Notes: generated from the sequence alone by a model not told the origin. Counted from the stretch's first letter, positions 17,243-27,125 are shown. The stretch: 53,810 nt of DNA from a virus (IMGVR_UViG_3300044814_000019:1-53810), one strand, 5' to 3'. A program made the numbers and translations.

Positions 17243-17860
17243 ATGTCAGCGCCGCGCCACACGGCCGTCCCGAAATTCCCGCCCTTCGCTACTTGGGGCG
17301 CGTGCTCGCGCTGCAACGCCCGCGTCCTGTACTCGACGCTGAAGCGCGAACGGCTAACAGGGCTGCTTGTGTGCTCCAAAGCCAGCGGACGCGCCACGCG
17401 CCCTTGCTGGGACCCCTGGCCGGCTGTGTACGACTTCCAGGCTTTCCCCGACAAATCGATCGAGCCGCCACCGGAACCGCTGCCGCTGCGCTGGAACCTC
17501 GACGCCATCTGGGGCAACGGCCCTGTCGAAGGCACTACGGCCGTCTTCGCTGCGGCTCCCAAAGCCGCGCCTGACGACGCTACGCGGCTTGCCAAGCTGC
17601 TTACGTCGGTTCCCTACTATGCCAGTCTCGGGAAGTCGGCGGCGTTCATGGGACCGAATGCGCCACTATCGAGCAAGGTGCTCAACCTGACGACGATTGT
17701 GCCTCAAGAGTACGACGGGACGTTCTTGCCAAGTAATTCCATTCGCACAGTGACGCCGCCGGATGAGGCAACTGAACTGGCAAACGTCACCAAGACGGAC
17801 CCGGATTTTCCGAACGATCAATTGTGGTCACCGCCGTGGAGTGCCGCTAAGGGAGTTTGA
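17243..17860 (+). CDS. Zn-ribbon-containing head/tail-associated protein
   Basis: CSRC..GLLVC..CWDP motif. Confidence 0.7.
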   Translation: MSAPRHTAVPKFPPFATWGACSRCNARVLYSTLKRERLTGLLVCSKASGRATRPCWDPWPAVYDFQAFPDKSIEPPPEPLPLRWNLDAIWGNGPVEGTTAVFAAAPKAAPDDATRLAKLLTSVPYYASLGKSAAFMGPNAPLSSKVLNLTTIVPQEYDGTFLPSNSIRTVTPPDEATELANVTKTDPDFPNDQLWSPPWSAAKGV

Positions 17861-17863
17861 AAA

Positions 17864-18115
17864 ATGTTTCCGAAAACAGGTGCGAAGGTGACGCAAACAG
17901 TGTTTCCAGTTTTCAAGAAATACCGCCGCAAACAAATTGCGGAAATGGCAGATTGGGAGCCGGGTTACGACATGGCTGGCGTATCCATTTCCGAACCGGA
18001 CAAGGCGACGGGATCTCCAAAGGCGGGCGACAAGATTGCGCGCAACCCAAAGAACCACGAAGATAAGTGGTTAGTTGCAGCGGCTTACTTTGCCGAGAAC
18101 TTCGGACCTGTTTGA
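17864..18115 (+). CDS. hypothetical phage protein
   Basis: RBS AGGGAG. KKYRRKQIAEM..GSPKAGDKIARNP..WLVAAAYFAENF. Confidence 0.7.
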   Translation: MFPKTGAKVTQTVFPVFKKYRRKQIAEMADWEPGYDMAGVSISEPDKATGSPKAGDKIARNPKNHEDKWLVAAAYFAENFGPV

Positions 18116-18801
18116 TGCCCGTAACAGCCGCCCAAATCATCACGAGTGCCTTACACCTGTTCGGGATCACGGACCAGACCGAGGCCCCCACGGCTACAGA
18201 CATATCGAACAACGTCACGATCCTGAACGATTTGCTCCGCGCCGAGCAAGCGGATGGCGCGTGTCAGTACCTCATCAAGCGCCTCGCGTTCACGATGCCG
18301 CCCGGCACGAATGGGCAAGTCTATACGTTCGTAGTCGGCAACGGCAGTCTTGGCTACTTGGTCCAAGTTGACGCGGTGGCCGTGCGCGCCATTTGGATGA
18401 ACGACATAAACCTAACCGTGAATCGCGAGACACGTATGGCGCCGATTGCGGATTGCGTGCGCACAACGTATCCCGGCGTCGTCACCAAATGGCATCAGGA
18501 ACGGCAGGCGGACGGCTCCGTGCTGATTACCGCGTGGCAGCCGCCCCGCGCACCCGCGAACGCGCTGATCGAGTATGGCGGCCGTCTCGCGCTGATTTCC
18601 GCGCCGGATGGTAGCGATACGGTTGCGCTGCCGCCGGAAGGCATACACGATGCTACGCTGTTGTTAGGGCGCCGCATCATGGGCTCGTATGGTCGTACGC
18701 TGAGCCAGACGGACCCGATCGTCATGGATGCCGAACGCGTCAACGCGCGGTGGCGTGATTATGCGAGAGGGCAAATGTGGTTAAGATTCGTTAGGAGCTG
18801 A
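18115..18801 (+). CDS. head-completion/adaptor protein (P22 gp4-like)
   Basis: TAAQIITSALHLFGI..EAPTATD..ILNDLL N-terminus, LPPEG near the C-terminus. Precedes the gp10-like gene. Confidence 0.7.
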   Translation: MPVTAAQIITSALHLFGITDQTEAPTATDISNNVTILNDLLRAEQADGACQYLIKRLAFTMPPGTNGQVYTFVVGNGSLGYLVQVDAVAVRAIWMNDINLTVNRETRMAPIADCVRTTYPGVVTKWHQERQADGSVLITAWQPPRAPANALIEYGGRLALISAPDGSDTVALPPEGIHDATLLLGRRIMGSYGRTLSQTDPIVMDAERVNARWRDYARGQMWLRFVRS

Positions 18802-18802
18802 T

Positions 18803-19060
18803 ATGGGCGAAGTTGTAAGTATTAAAGGCGAGACGGACATACAAGGCGCGAAAGCTACTGCTGCCGTTGTTGCTTGGTTGCGCGAGCAGGCCAATGGATT
18901 GGAGAGCGGTGAAGTGCGTCCAGCTCATAAAGCCGTGCTGACAGTGTTTGAAGATTGCAGCGGCACAATCAGGACGCATACCGTATTTTGTAACACGTCG
19001 GCAGTTGAGCGTATCGGTATTATGTACATGGCGCTAAACGATACGGCGAACGTGGGTTAG
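18803..19060 (+). CDS. small hypothetical protein
   Basis: RBS AGGAG. Fills the gap between two tail genes. Confidence 0.65.
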   Translation: MGEVVSIKGETDIQGAKATAAVVAWLREQANGLESGEVRPAHKAVLTVFEDCSGTIRTHTVFCNTSAVERIGIMYMALNDTANVG

Positions 19061-19061
19061 C

Positions 19062-20510
19062 ATGCCCATAATCGACATCCTAGGTTCGTTCCAAGATCCT
19101 TTGAACTTGGACGAGGGCGCGGGGAAGCTCGTTAACGTGCGCGTCGTGCCACGCGAGCAGAAAGAAGGCAAACCCGGTAAGGCTCGTCTTGTCGGCGCAC
19201 CGGGCCTGACGCAGGTTTGCCAGCCAACGGCTGTGCCATGCATCGCTATAGGGCAAGCCCTGCGGACGGTATGGAGCGGCCACGCGGACGGTTCGATTTA
19301 TTACAACGTGCAGACCAACGCACCGTCGTTGGCCGGCTTCGTCGCTGTGGATGCGCAACAGCCCGTCATTCGTTTCGCTGAAGATCGTACAGCGCTCTGC
19401 ATCGCATCGAATGCGAATACCAACAACGCCGCGGAATACGGTACTGGCTATACGGCGGTCATGACGCCGATGGCAGGCGTTGTCAACGCTGGCTTTGACG
19501 CCAGTATTAATTTTGACCCGTCTGCCGTCGCCGAGTTGAACAACATAACGGTATGGTCCGCCGCGTCCAATTTTTATGCGAGCCAAGACAGTAAAATGTA
19601 CAGCTCGCAACCGCTGAACCCCGCTAACGTGCTGCCGAACAGCTTTGCGACGAAGGAAGCCCGTGCCGATCGCGTTGTTGATCTGGCAGTGTCGGGGCTC
19701 GTATTATGGCCCCTTGGCTCCCGCTCGCTCGAACAATGGTACGATCCGGGCGGGCAAACCGACTTCGCGTTTACAGCCTACCCGAACTCGCTTTATTCCG
19801 TGGGACTCGCTGCGCGCCTGTCGCTTGCCACGCTACGCGACATAATTATGTTCGTGGGCACTGATCGCCGCATATGGCTGTGTACGGGGCAGACGGGTCA
19901 GCCGGTATCGCCCGCATGGATCGATCTGCTTTTGCAGCAGCTCACGGCGGCAACGCTGGCGACGTTGACAGCGTATGCATACGGGCAAGGAGGCGGCGAT
20001 TTCTATGTGCTCACGCTACCCGGCCAGTGGACGCTGGAACTATGCGGCTCTACCGGCGTCTGGTCTTACCGACAAACACCTGGTGGCCGGCTGGATCATG
20101 CGGGGCGCTGTGCCACGGAATTCAGCGGAGGGGTTACATACGTCGGGCTGGATACGGGCCAAATCTGTACCGTGAACATAAACGACAGCACGGAACCGGC
20201 CGGCACGCTGCAGCGCGCCATAATAACGCCGTATGTTGGCAGCGAAGAAACGCGGCAGACGTACAATTCAATCGACGTAACGTCATCAATGGGACCGGCG
20301 GCCGGGAGCTTTCAATTGGACTGGTCCCAAGACAGGGCCGCAACTTGGAACGGTGCACGACAAATTACGATGCCGCAACCCGGTACGCAGAGAGCGATCG
20401 GCCGGAATTTCGGCACCGGACGGCGGCGACAATTCCGCTTGCAGTACAGCGGTGCGCAAGCTCCCTTTACGATTGATGAATTGTTTTGTTCGGTAAATCT
20501 AGGTACTTAG
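19062..20510 (+). CDS. tail hub / packaged-DNA stabilisation protein (P22 gp10-like)
   Basis: LVN..LVGAPGL, FATKEARAD, LGSRSLEQW, LDWSQDRAATW, NFGTGRRRQFRL. Confidence 0.82.
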   Translation: MPIIDILGSFQDPLNLDEGAGKLVNVRVVPREQKEGKPGKARLVGAPGLTQVCQPTAVPCIAIGQALRTVWSGHADGSIYYNVQTNAPSLAGFVAVDAQQPVIRFAEDRTALCIASNANTNNAAEYGTGYTAVMTPMAGVVNAGFDASINFDPSAVAELNNITVWSAASNFYASQDSKMYSSQPLNPANVLPNSFATKEARADRVVDLAVSGLVLWPLGSRSLEQWYDPGGQTDFAFTAYPNSLYSVGLAARLSLATLRDIIMFVGTDRRIWLCTGQTGQPVSPAWIDLLLQQLTAATLATLTAYAYGQGGGDFYVLTLPGQWTLELCGSTGVWSYRQTPGGRLDHAGRCATEFSGGVTYVGLDTGQICTVNINDSTEPAGTLQRAIITPYVGSEETRQTYNSIDVTSSMGPAAGSFQLDWSQDRAATWNGARQITMPQPGTQRAIGRNFGTGRRRQFRLQYSGAQAPFTIDELFCSVNLGT

Positions 20511-20575
20511 CAAAAGATGCTTGGTGCGGTGTTCTTGCCATACCTAGCCGTACAGGATCGTGCGAGTAAGTCAAC

Positions 20576-21028
20576 ATGCCGCTCAAACTGCCGCCCCCGC
20601 CACAGCTCCCCGTATCGTTCGGTGGTTTTGGACAGCAGCTAAATCGTTGGTTGCTTGAAATTCAGTCCATTTTGAATAGTGGGGGTACGATCGACCCTAG
20701 CAACGTTGATGGGTTGCCGGCGCTCATTATCCAAGTCGAAACGCTGGCCACAGAAGTCGCAACGCTGACTGCGGAGGTCGTGGCCAATACTGCCGACATC
20801 GCCACGCTGATTGCAGAGGTTGCGGCCAACACCGCCAACATCGCCACGAATACCGCCGATATCGCGACAAACACTGCCGCTCTTGCGGCTCTGGCTCTCA
20901 TACGGAACGGTGCTGGCGCTCCAGCGGCCGGACTTGGCAATAATGGTGATTTGTACATCAACAACACAGGCGGTGCCGGTACGTTCCTGTACGGTAAGAT
21001 CGCCGGTGCGTGGATCGCGTTTGCTTAA
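20576..21028 (+). CDS. tail needle/plug-like coiled-coil protein (P22 gp26-like)
   Basis: Heptad repeats ANTADIA/TNTADIA. C-terminal GAPAAGLGNNGDLYIN knob. Confidence 0.7.
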   Translation: MPLKLPPPPQLPVSFGGFGQQLNRWLLEIQSILNSGGTIDPSNVDGLPALIIQVETLATEVATLTAEVVANTADIATLIAEVAANTANIATNTADIATNTAALAALALIRNGAGAPAAGLGNNGDLYINNTGGAGTFLYGKIAGAWIAFA

Positions 21029-21429
21029 CCAAACATCGTAGCGCAATCAACAGTGATCTGGAAGTCTGCCAATGTACGGACAATAAAATACGCACCGCCC
21101 GCACGTTCCCAGCGCCGTTGAAACTTGATTTGGTCTGGGTCCTGTACGTTTTTGCCGTCTTTGAGTTCGATTGCAAGTTTGCGTCCACTAACCGGGAACG
21201 CGAGAAAATCCGCCACACCAGCCAAGACACCTTTGCGCTTCATTTTGACGTGATACTGTACGTGCGCTTTACGTTCATTGGCGACATGAAAAATCAGCAG
21301 TTCGGGGTGCGCCTTTTGGACCCAAGTCCACGCCTTTACATGGGTCTCGTTCTCGGACGGACCCTTGGCCCCCTGAGGGCAGTGCGGCCCCTTGACTTTG
21401 GGCGCTTTTTTGACGGGTTTCTTGGTCAT
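21025..21429 (-). CDS. VRR-NUC (PD-(D/E)xK) nuclease / resolvase
   Basis: FHVANE..MKRKGVLAGVADFL..AIELK..Q..DQIKF. Confidence 0.85.
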   Translation of the reverse strand: MTKKPVKKAPKVKGPHCPQGAKGPSENETHVKAWTWVQKAHPELLIFHVANERKAHVQYHVKMKRKGVLAGVADFLAFPVSGRKLAIELKDGKNVQDPDQIKFQRRWERAGGAYFIVRTLADFQITVDCATMFG

Positions 21430-21632
21430 TTTCGCACTTTCGCCGTCATCACGCCCAGTTCCCTAAGCCGATCCTCGCAGCGTGGCAGCCATACCTCCAG
21501 AGCCTCCCGGAGCGCCGCAGAGCGGTTCTTTATGGTCTCACTGTCGATGTTCCGGGTGACGTAATCCAGGCGCTCCACAAGCGCCACAGGCAGCCGGCCG
21601 GATATCATGACGGTCTTTCGTTCTGTGCCCAT
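21426..21632 (-). CDS. ribbon-helix-helix transcription regulator
   Basis: TVMISGRLPVALVERLD..NRSAALREALEVWL. Confidence 0.8.
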   Translation of the reverse strand: MGTERKTVMISGRLPVALVERLDYVTRNIDSETIKNRSAALREALEVWLPRCEDRLRELGVMTAKVRK

Positions 21633-21681
21633 AGGTGCTATGCTCTAGCCGAATGTATGACACAACGCAAGGGCCTCGCAA

Positions 21682-22320
21682 ATGACGGTAGCGGCACCGG
21701 TCGGTTTTGGCGGCGGCCTCGGGGCAGTCATTGGCGCTCAGATAGGGGCCGACGATCTCAACAAGGGGCAGAATGCCGTCGACCACACGACAGACGCCTT
21801 CACGGCGGGAACGCAGCCGTACAACACGTTCGGACAGTCGTTCTTGCCGACTGCCACCAACGCGATAGGCAACATTCAGGGAAAGGCCGGAAACGTTCAA
21901 AGCTACGATCAGTTCATGTCCGGCTATTCGAATACGCCGGCCGCGCAGTACCAGATTCAGCAAGCGGACCAAGCACAGAACAACAGCGCCGCCGCCACTG
22001 GCGGTCTGCTTTCCGGTGCCAATGAGCGCGCACTTGGCACCATCAATCAAGGCATCACAGCGCAAGGTGCAAATACGGCGTACAACGAATACCTGCAAGG
22101 CAATCAGCAAGGTTTCGGCCAACTTGAAAGCGCCCTTGGCAATATGTTCAGTGCGATCGGCGTAGGGCAGACAGCGACGGGGCAGCAAGCTGGCGTTGAC
22201 ACGGCGCAGATCGGCGCCACGTCGAGTATAGCGCAAGCGCAGGCAAAGAACGCCGAAAGTAAAGGCAGCGGACTTGGGTCTATGTTCAGTGGGCTTGTTT
22301 CGAACATATTTGCGGTTTAA
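21682..22320 (+). CDS. DNA ejection/pilot protein (P22 gp7-like)
   Basis: Gly-rich N-terminus, QPY..GQ, TPAAQYQIQQ..NNSAAATGGLLSGA. Confidence 0.75.
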   Translation: MTVAAPVGFGGGLGAVIGAQIGADDLNKGQNAVDHTTDAFTAGTQPYNTFGQSFLPTATNAIGNIQGKAGNVQSYDQFMSGYSNTPAAQYQIQQADQAQNNSAAATGGLLSGANERALGTINQGITAQGANTAYNEYLQGNQQGFGQLESALGNMFSAIGVGQTATGQQAGVDTAQIGATSSIAQAQAKNAESKGSGLGSMFSGLVSNIFAV

Positions 22321-22820
22321 CTGCGTACGATTGAATAAACGTAGCAATCCTGCGGCTCCGTGCTGACATTCGGAAAGAACTCAAATCGCCGTAACAACCC
22401 CTCACGCATGGCGCCCATGCGTTCGGTCATGCGCTGACCTGCGATGTTATCGACGTGCACGTACGTCCACAGTCGCCACGTTTGCGGGTGCGTAAAAATC
22501 CACTGCACGAACGGCCGGCAGAACTCGCGACCGGCACCGCGTGCTTTCCAGTCGGGACGGAACATGATTGACATGGTTGCCTGATGCCGCGCAACCTCTA
22601 GCCCGATGACACCCAGAAGATCATTGTCGGAGTACACGCCTTGCCACTTTGCAATGCTATTGCGGTACCGCTCTATGAGCTGCGTCGCTTCGTCAACGGA
22701 TTTGTGCGTACGGAAGCCCATGTATCGCGTCACGTCGGGGTTGCCCGTCATGACAAATAGAGCCGGACCTTCCCACGGGTTGAGGTCGCGAACAGTGAAG
22801 CGGCCGACTTGTGCGGTCAT
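22317..22820 (-). CDS. GNAT (RimJ/RimL-like) acetyltransferase
   Basis: NPDVTRYM..RGAGRE..HVDNIAGQRMTERMGAMREGLLRR. Confidence 0.85.
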   Translation of the reverse strand: MTAQVGRFTVRDLNPWEGPALFVMTGNPDVTRYMGFRTHKSVDEATQLIERYRNSIAKWQGVYSDNDLLGVIGLEVARHQATMSIMFRPDWKARGAGREFCRPFVQWIFTHPQTWRLWTYVHVDNIAGQRMTERMGAMREGLLRRFEFFPNVSTEPQDCYVYSIVRS

Positions 22821-24757
22821 TTACGCATGCGTACGTCAAAATAGCCCTCCGCGTCAAGCGGTAATCCTAAAGTCCACGATCTCGGTCTTTTCATTATGCT
22901 CCGCATTTGTTCACAGCGCTCTTCGGCAATAGCTCCGGGGGACAAAGCCAAAATAGAATCGTACACGTCTAAAATCAAAACCACGTCCGGCAGCTCACGC
23001 TCGATATCGGCCTCGGCCGCCGTCACAAGATCTCGCGTCATGGACTGGCAGGCAATTTCTAGTAGTGAACCGCCGAACGCCTTTTGACGGAGCATTGCGC
23101 CAAATTTGCCGCGGAAGAACGCCATTTCGCCGTCGTACGTGATATGTGCCGAGTAGTGCGGCACCGCACGGCCGGATGGCAGTAGCATCCACACGGTACC
23201 GCGGCCGTCCTTTTGGAAAGCAACTTTGCCGGCCGGAAAAATGCGGCCGGGCTGCTCGTAGATAGCAAACTTGAACGCATCGGCGAGCGCGCACCAAAGC
23301 GATTGCAAAAGCGGATTTGCCTGCCGATACCCATCGATACTAGAACGGGCTTTAGCTTCATCTATACTAATGCCGCCTTTACGCATGTGTGCTAGGAAAG
23401 TTTTCCAGCCGAGTTGATAGTTGCCGCCAAGCGTAACGTTTTTATAGATGGTGTACTCTTTTAAGTTCGTCTTTTTCGTCCACCCTTCGGGCCACCCGCC
23501 CATTTTAATGGCGTTGTATATGTACGGATTATTGTTTTTATCTGCAACCACGTTTAGGCGCTCGGTATCTCCCGCCATCCATAGCGCAATCCGGTATTCT
23601 GCGCCTGACAAGTCGTTGTCGCAAACCATCCAACCATCAGGAGCGATAATTACGCTCCGCAAGCAGTCTGTAAGTGCGATGTTGTTGTACCTGTAGCCGG
23701 CTTTGAGACCCTGAATTACGCTGTCAATCGTAGGTCTGCCATCTTCCCCGTCGTACTTACCGGATGGCCGCGCGATGTTGAACATATTTGCGCCTTCGGA
23801 AGTACCCCGGCCTGACCGTGCACCGAAGTACCGCGTTGCGTCTTTGTAAAAACCGCTCACATGGCGATCGAGCAGCGCTTGCGCTTTCAACGGGGCGGAG
23901 CCGCCTTCGGACTGCAGTAGCTCCAAAACAATCCGCACGTCTGGGTGCAGATTTTCGTCGGCCAACTTTTCCGCAACGATATGCTTTTGTGTGCTTTCCA
24001 ACCCAGCCGCTCGGTTGCCGCTATTGCACCACTCCATGATGCGCTGGCGTTGTGACAGCTTCGTTACTGCATTCTGCGTCAGCTCCATCAATGTGGCAGT
24101 GCTCTCCTGCTCAATTTCCTGCCGGCGCATTGCAATGGCAGTAGCTAGGTGCACGTCGATCGGCAATCCGATTTCGTTCTTTCGCCACGTGCGTTCGAAA
24201 ATCAGACGTTCGTGATCGGTCAAGGGTGGCAAGCGCTCGTCAACTCCTTTCAAAGCGCGTTTGTCACGAAGGCAGTACGCTACCAGCTTGCGGTATGTTT
24301 CCACGTCTTCATTGAACGTGCCGTCTTTTTGGGGTTTGCACGTCGCCATGACCAGCGCGTGACCTTCGGGGCTCTTACCTTCGGTCCCGAGCGTACGGCA
24401 GACTTGTTCTAAACCGCCGGGCAGCGCCAGTGCTTGAGCGCGTGCCATCGTGCAATCAATCTTAGATAGCGGCAAATCGAGAAACGGATTAACAGCGCGC
24501 AAAATCGCCACATCAAAATTAGCGTGATGTGCGACAAAGCGCCGGCACTCCCGCACATCGGCATACAGGTCTGCGAGCGCATGTGTGCCTAGGAACGGGT
24601 GCACGGGACATGCGGTCTTTTCGACGCCGCGGAACTCCCATGCTACACAAGTCACGCCTGTTGATGGGTCTGCCGCATAGCGTCGCGCGCCAGCCCGTTT
24701 AAGATCGGTGCGTGAGCGCGTCTCAAAATCGCATAGGAGATCGTCAGGGTGTGCCAT
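22817..24757 (-). CDS. polA: family A DNA polymerase with 3'-5' exonuclease
   Basis: ExoI DFETRS, ExoII HANFD, ExoIII YCLRD, GARSGR, motif A DLSGAEYR, motif B KNVTLGGNY, motif C VYDS. Confidence 0.9.
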   Translation of the reverse strand: MAHPDDLLCDFETRSRTDLKRAGARRYAADPSTGVTCVAWEFRGVEKTACPVHPFLGTHALADLYADVRECRRFVAHHANFDVAILRAVNPFLDLPLSKIDCTMARAQALALPGGLEQVCRTLGTEGKSPEGHALVMATCKPQKDGTFNEDVETYRKLVAYCLRDKRALKGVDERLPPLTDHERLIFERTWRKNEIGLPIDVHLATAIAMRRQEIEQESTATLMELTQNAVTKLSQRQRIMEWCNSGNRAAGLESTQKHIVAEKLADENLHPDVRIVLELLQSEGGSAPLKAQALLDRHVSGFYKDATRYFGARSGRGTSEGANMFNIARPSGKYDGEDGRPTIDSVIQGLKAGYRYNNIALTDCLRSVIIAPDGWMVCDNDLSGAEYRIALWMAGDTERLNVVADKNNNPYIYNAIKMGGWPEGWTKKTNLKEYTIYKNVTLGGNYQLGWKTFLAHMRKGGISIDEAKARSSIDGYRQANPLLQSLWCALADAFKFAIYEQPGRIFPAGKVAFQKDGRGTVWMLLPSGRAVPHYSAHITYDGEMAFFRGKFGAMLRQKAFGGSLLEIACQSMTRDLVTAAEADIERELPDVVLILDVYDSILALSPGAIAEERCEQMRSIMKRPRSWTLGLPLDAEGYFDVRMRK

Positions 24758-24800
24758 GGTGAAATGGGAGGGGCGTGCAACACGCCCCCTCCCTGCTCAC

Positions 24801-25601
24801 TTAGCGCGGGCCGAACGGGTTAACCGGCGGCGCGCTAAAATGGGATGGTGTCGCCGCAGGCCCACCGAAACCCGGCCCACTCAGGGCCTGAGCACCCGAA
24901 AGGGCAGGGGCGTTCAGTGTCGGGGCAAATCCGCCTGCCGGCGGCGTAAAACCCCCAGGCTGTCCAAACTGCTGTTGCGGCGCTCCGAAGGGCTGAGGCA
25001 CAAACCCACCGGGCGACGCACTGAAGCCCGCAGGACGCAAGCCTTGCTGTTCCGCCATCCGCATCAGCTCGGCACCGCTGACGGAATTGGCGAACACGAT
25101 TTCCTCGCCCGGCGATGAAAACACAACGGCGTTGAGGTACAGCTTGACGCCACGCGGGTCGTTCTGTTTCACGGCTGCCGTTACGCCGGCCATGACGTAA
25201 TCACCGGACTTCACGCCGACTTTGTTCGTCAGCTTCGTGAGTACGCCGCCGGCTTGAACGATTTCGACATTCGGCGGGTTACCGCTCGATCCTGAAAATA
25301 GCCAGTGACCTTTGGCAAACTCGGACGACTTGCCCTCCGGGCTTGGCATGTCGCCATCGATGACGGGCCAAACGAGGACATGCGGATTCGTTTGGTAAAT
25401 TTTGCCGCACGCCGCCGCGATGCCCGCTAGCGCCGGTTCCTGGAACCACTGCGCCACAGTCTTCTTGACGAGGAACATGGCGAAGTAGTTGGGCTTCTGC
25501 GTGGGCTGCCCTTTGTACTCGCGGGAGGGGTCCCACAAGTGCCGCATGTCCGCAATGCGAGCGTTGAACACCGTTGCAGCTTCGTATTGTCGCTGTGCCA
25601 T
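24801..25601 (-). CDS. ssb: phage single-stranded DNA-binding protein (DUF2815/gp2.5-like) with low-complexity tail
   Basis: WPVIDGD..GHW..VKSGDY..GVKLYLNAV. Sits between polA and the Cas4-like gene. Confidence 0.75.
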   Translation of the reverse strand: MAQRQYEAATVFNARIADMRHLWDPSREYKGQPTQKPNYFAMFLVKKTVAQWFQEPALAGIAAACGKIYQTNPHVLVWPVIDGDMPSPEGKSSEFAKGHWLFSGSSGNPPNVEIVQAGGVLTKLTNKVGVKSGDYVMAGVTAAVKQNDPRGVKLYLNAVVFSSPGEEIVFANSVSGAELMRMAEQQGLRPAGFSASPGGFVPQPFGAPQQQFGQPGGFTPPAGGFAPTLNAPALSGAQALSGPGFGGPAATPSHFSAPPVNPFGPR

Positions 25602-25624
25602 TTGTCAGTTTCCTTTTGCCATTG

Positions 25625-25813
25625 TCAAAGTTTCAACATGGGTAGTGTAGACGTACGGTTAGCGTTGGTCAATGCTTTTCGTTCGGCCATTCCAGATATC
25701 TGCCCCATTTCATAGGCACTATGGAATTGTTCAACGGGCGTATCATCAACGCCTAGGTAGCCATCCCGAAATCCGCGCTGCCAAGCATCGGACTTAGTGG
25801 CCCACTCTCGCAC
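25625..25813 (-). CDS. small hypothetical protein
   Basis: GTG start next to the upstream stop. AWQRGFRDG..AYEMG pattern. Confidence 0.5.
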   Translation of the reverse strand: MREWATKSDAWQRGFRDGYLGVDDTPVEQFHSAYEMGQISGMAERKALTNANRTSTLPMLKL

Positions 25814-25814
25814 G

Positions 25815-26792
25815 TCAATAACTCGCTTTGAGCGGCGCCTCGGGCTTGTGCGCTCCGACAGCCGCATATTGCTTACCAGCCAGCCCGAGCTTTTCAGCTT
25901 GCGCTGGCGACACTGGCTTGATTCCACGCGCACCGAAACTCTCATACAGCACTTTGGCGGCTTGCTCCTGGTCATTCCAGGCGCGGAATGCGCGGCCCGG
26001 CTTCAGTATAGCGCCCGGTGTTGCGTAACCGAGCTTCAGCTTCATAGTCAATGCGTCATCGTAAACGGCTTTTACGTCGCCAAGCGCCCGGATGATTCGC
26101 AACAGCCGTACAAGTTCTTCGCTGGTCAAACTCTCGGGAGCGCGCGACATGGCGCCCATGACGAAACCGGCATCGGTCGCCATCGCAGGGCATTGCTGAA
26201 ACGCGTTGCACCAGCGGCACCAAGGACCGGGACGCGGAGCGCTACGGTCGGCAATCTGCCGCAGCACGCGATCACGGTGCGCTACGACTTCGCTGCGGTG
26301 CGCGACCCACTGCTTAAACGGTGTTTCGTCCAAGCCGTTCGGCTGAAAGATCACTAGGCGCCACCATTCGGCGTCACACTGACTAAGCAGTGCAGCCGCG
26401 TATGTCAGCATTTGCTTGTTGTGATATGCATCAACATCCCACCTGCCGTTTTTCAGATCAAGTATGGTGGCGATGTGTGGTGCGTGGTTGAATACGTCAG
26501 TCGTGCCGCCGCATTCGTGCGCCAGCTCGACCTTCAATTCTGCGTACAGATCGCCGGGTTCCAGTCCGCGTATAAACGCCATCCCGAGCGCGATCGTATC
26601 CTCGGCTGTGTCGCCTTCGGCTGCATCGGCGTCCGTAAAGGATGCCGCCAGCAGCGCGTGTACGCGCGTGCCTTCGTCGGCGGCGAGCTGCGTTTTCAGC
26701 GGCTTTGGCGCCTCGGGCACGCTGTTGCGTGCACTGAAAGAGCACTCTAACCACGTTGCGGCGGATGATGGTGCGAAGATCGCGTGGGCCAT
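25815..26792 (-). CDS. Cas4-like PD-(D/E)xK exonuclease (DUF2800)
   Basis: HAIFAPSSAATWLEC, ADEGTRVH, GGTTD, LDLKNG, NKQMLTYA, WCRWC..CP. Confidence 0.88.
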   Translation of the reverse strand: MAHAIFAPSSAATWLECSFSARNSVPEAPKPLKTQLAADEGTRVHALLAASFTDADAAEGDTAEDTIALGMAFIRGLEPGDLYAELKVELAHECGGTTDVFNHAPHIATILDLKNGRWDVDAYHNKQMLTYAAALLSQCDAEWWRLVIFQPNGLDETPFKQWVAHRSEVVAHRDRVLRQIADRSAPRPGPWCRWCNAFQQCPAMATDAGFVMGAMSRAPESLTSEELVRLLRIIRALGDVKAVYDDALTMKLKLGYATPGAILKPGRAFRAWNDQEQAAKVLYESFGARGIKPVSPAQAEKLGLAGKQYAAVGAHKPEAPLKASY

Positions 26793-26798
26793 CAGACC

Positions 26799-27125
26799 TC
26801 AACCTTTTCTACGCCAGCCGCGGTTATGTCGCTGCGTCTGCCATTCGAGGTTTTTGCTACGATCATCTAGCGAGTTGTCATTCAGATGCGCTGCATCATG
26901 GCCATCACTTGGACGCGGCTTCCCATGCAATTCTAAAATGAAGTGGGACAGCAGAATAGTCACTTTCCGGCCTTTTATTCTCGTTGTCCGCTTGGCATAA
27001 ACTTTTTGATTTCGCCGTTGTGCTGAAAGTTTATACTGCCAACACCAACGCGAAACTATCGGATAGTCTTCATCATCGATGATCGTAGTGTACCGCATGT
27101 TGGCCCCAAGCAGTAACTCAGCCAT
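26799..27125 (-). CDS. HNH homing endonuclease (no AP2 domain)
   Basis: TIIDDEDY..HLNDNSLDDRSKNLEWQTQRHN. Confidence 0.8.
   Translation of the reverse strand: MAELLLGANMRYTTIIDDEDYPIVSRWCWQYKLSAQRRNQKVYAKRTTRIKGRKVTILLSHFILELHGKPRPSDGHDAAHLNDNSLDDRSKNLEWQTQRHNRGWRRKG

Noticed and set aside
25815-26792. Cas4-like gene as part of a CRISPR-Cas system
   Set aside because: No cas1/cas2 or array. It sits in the usual polA-SSB-DUF2800 replication module.
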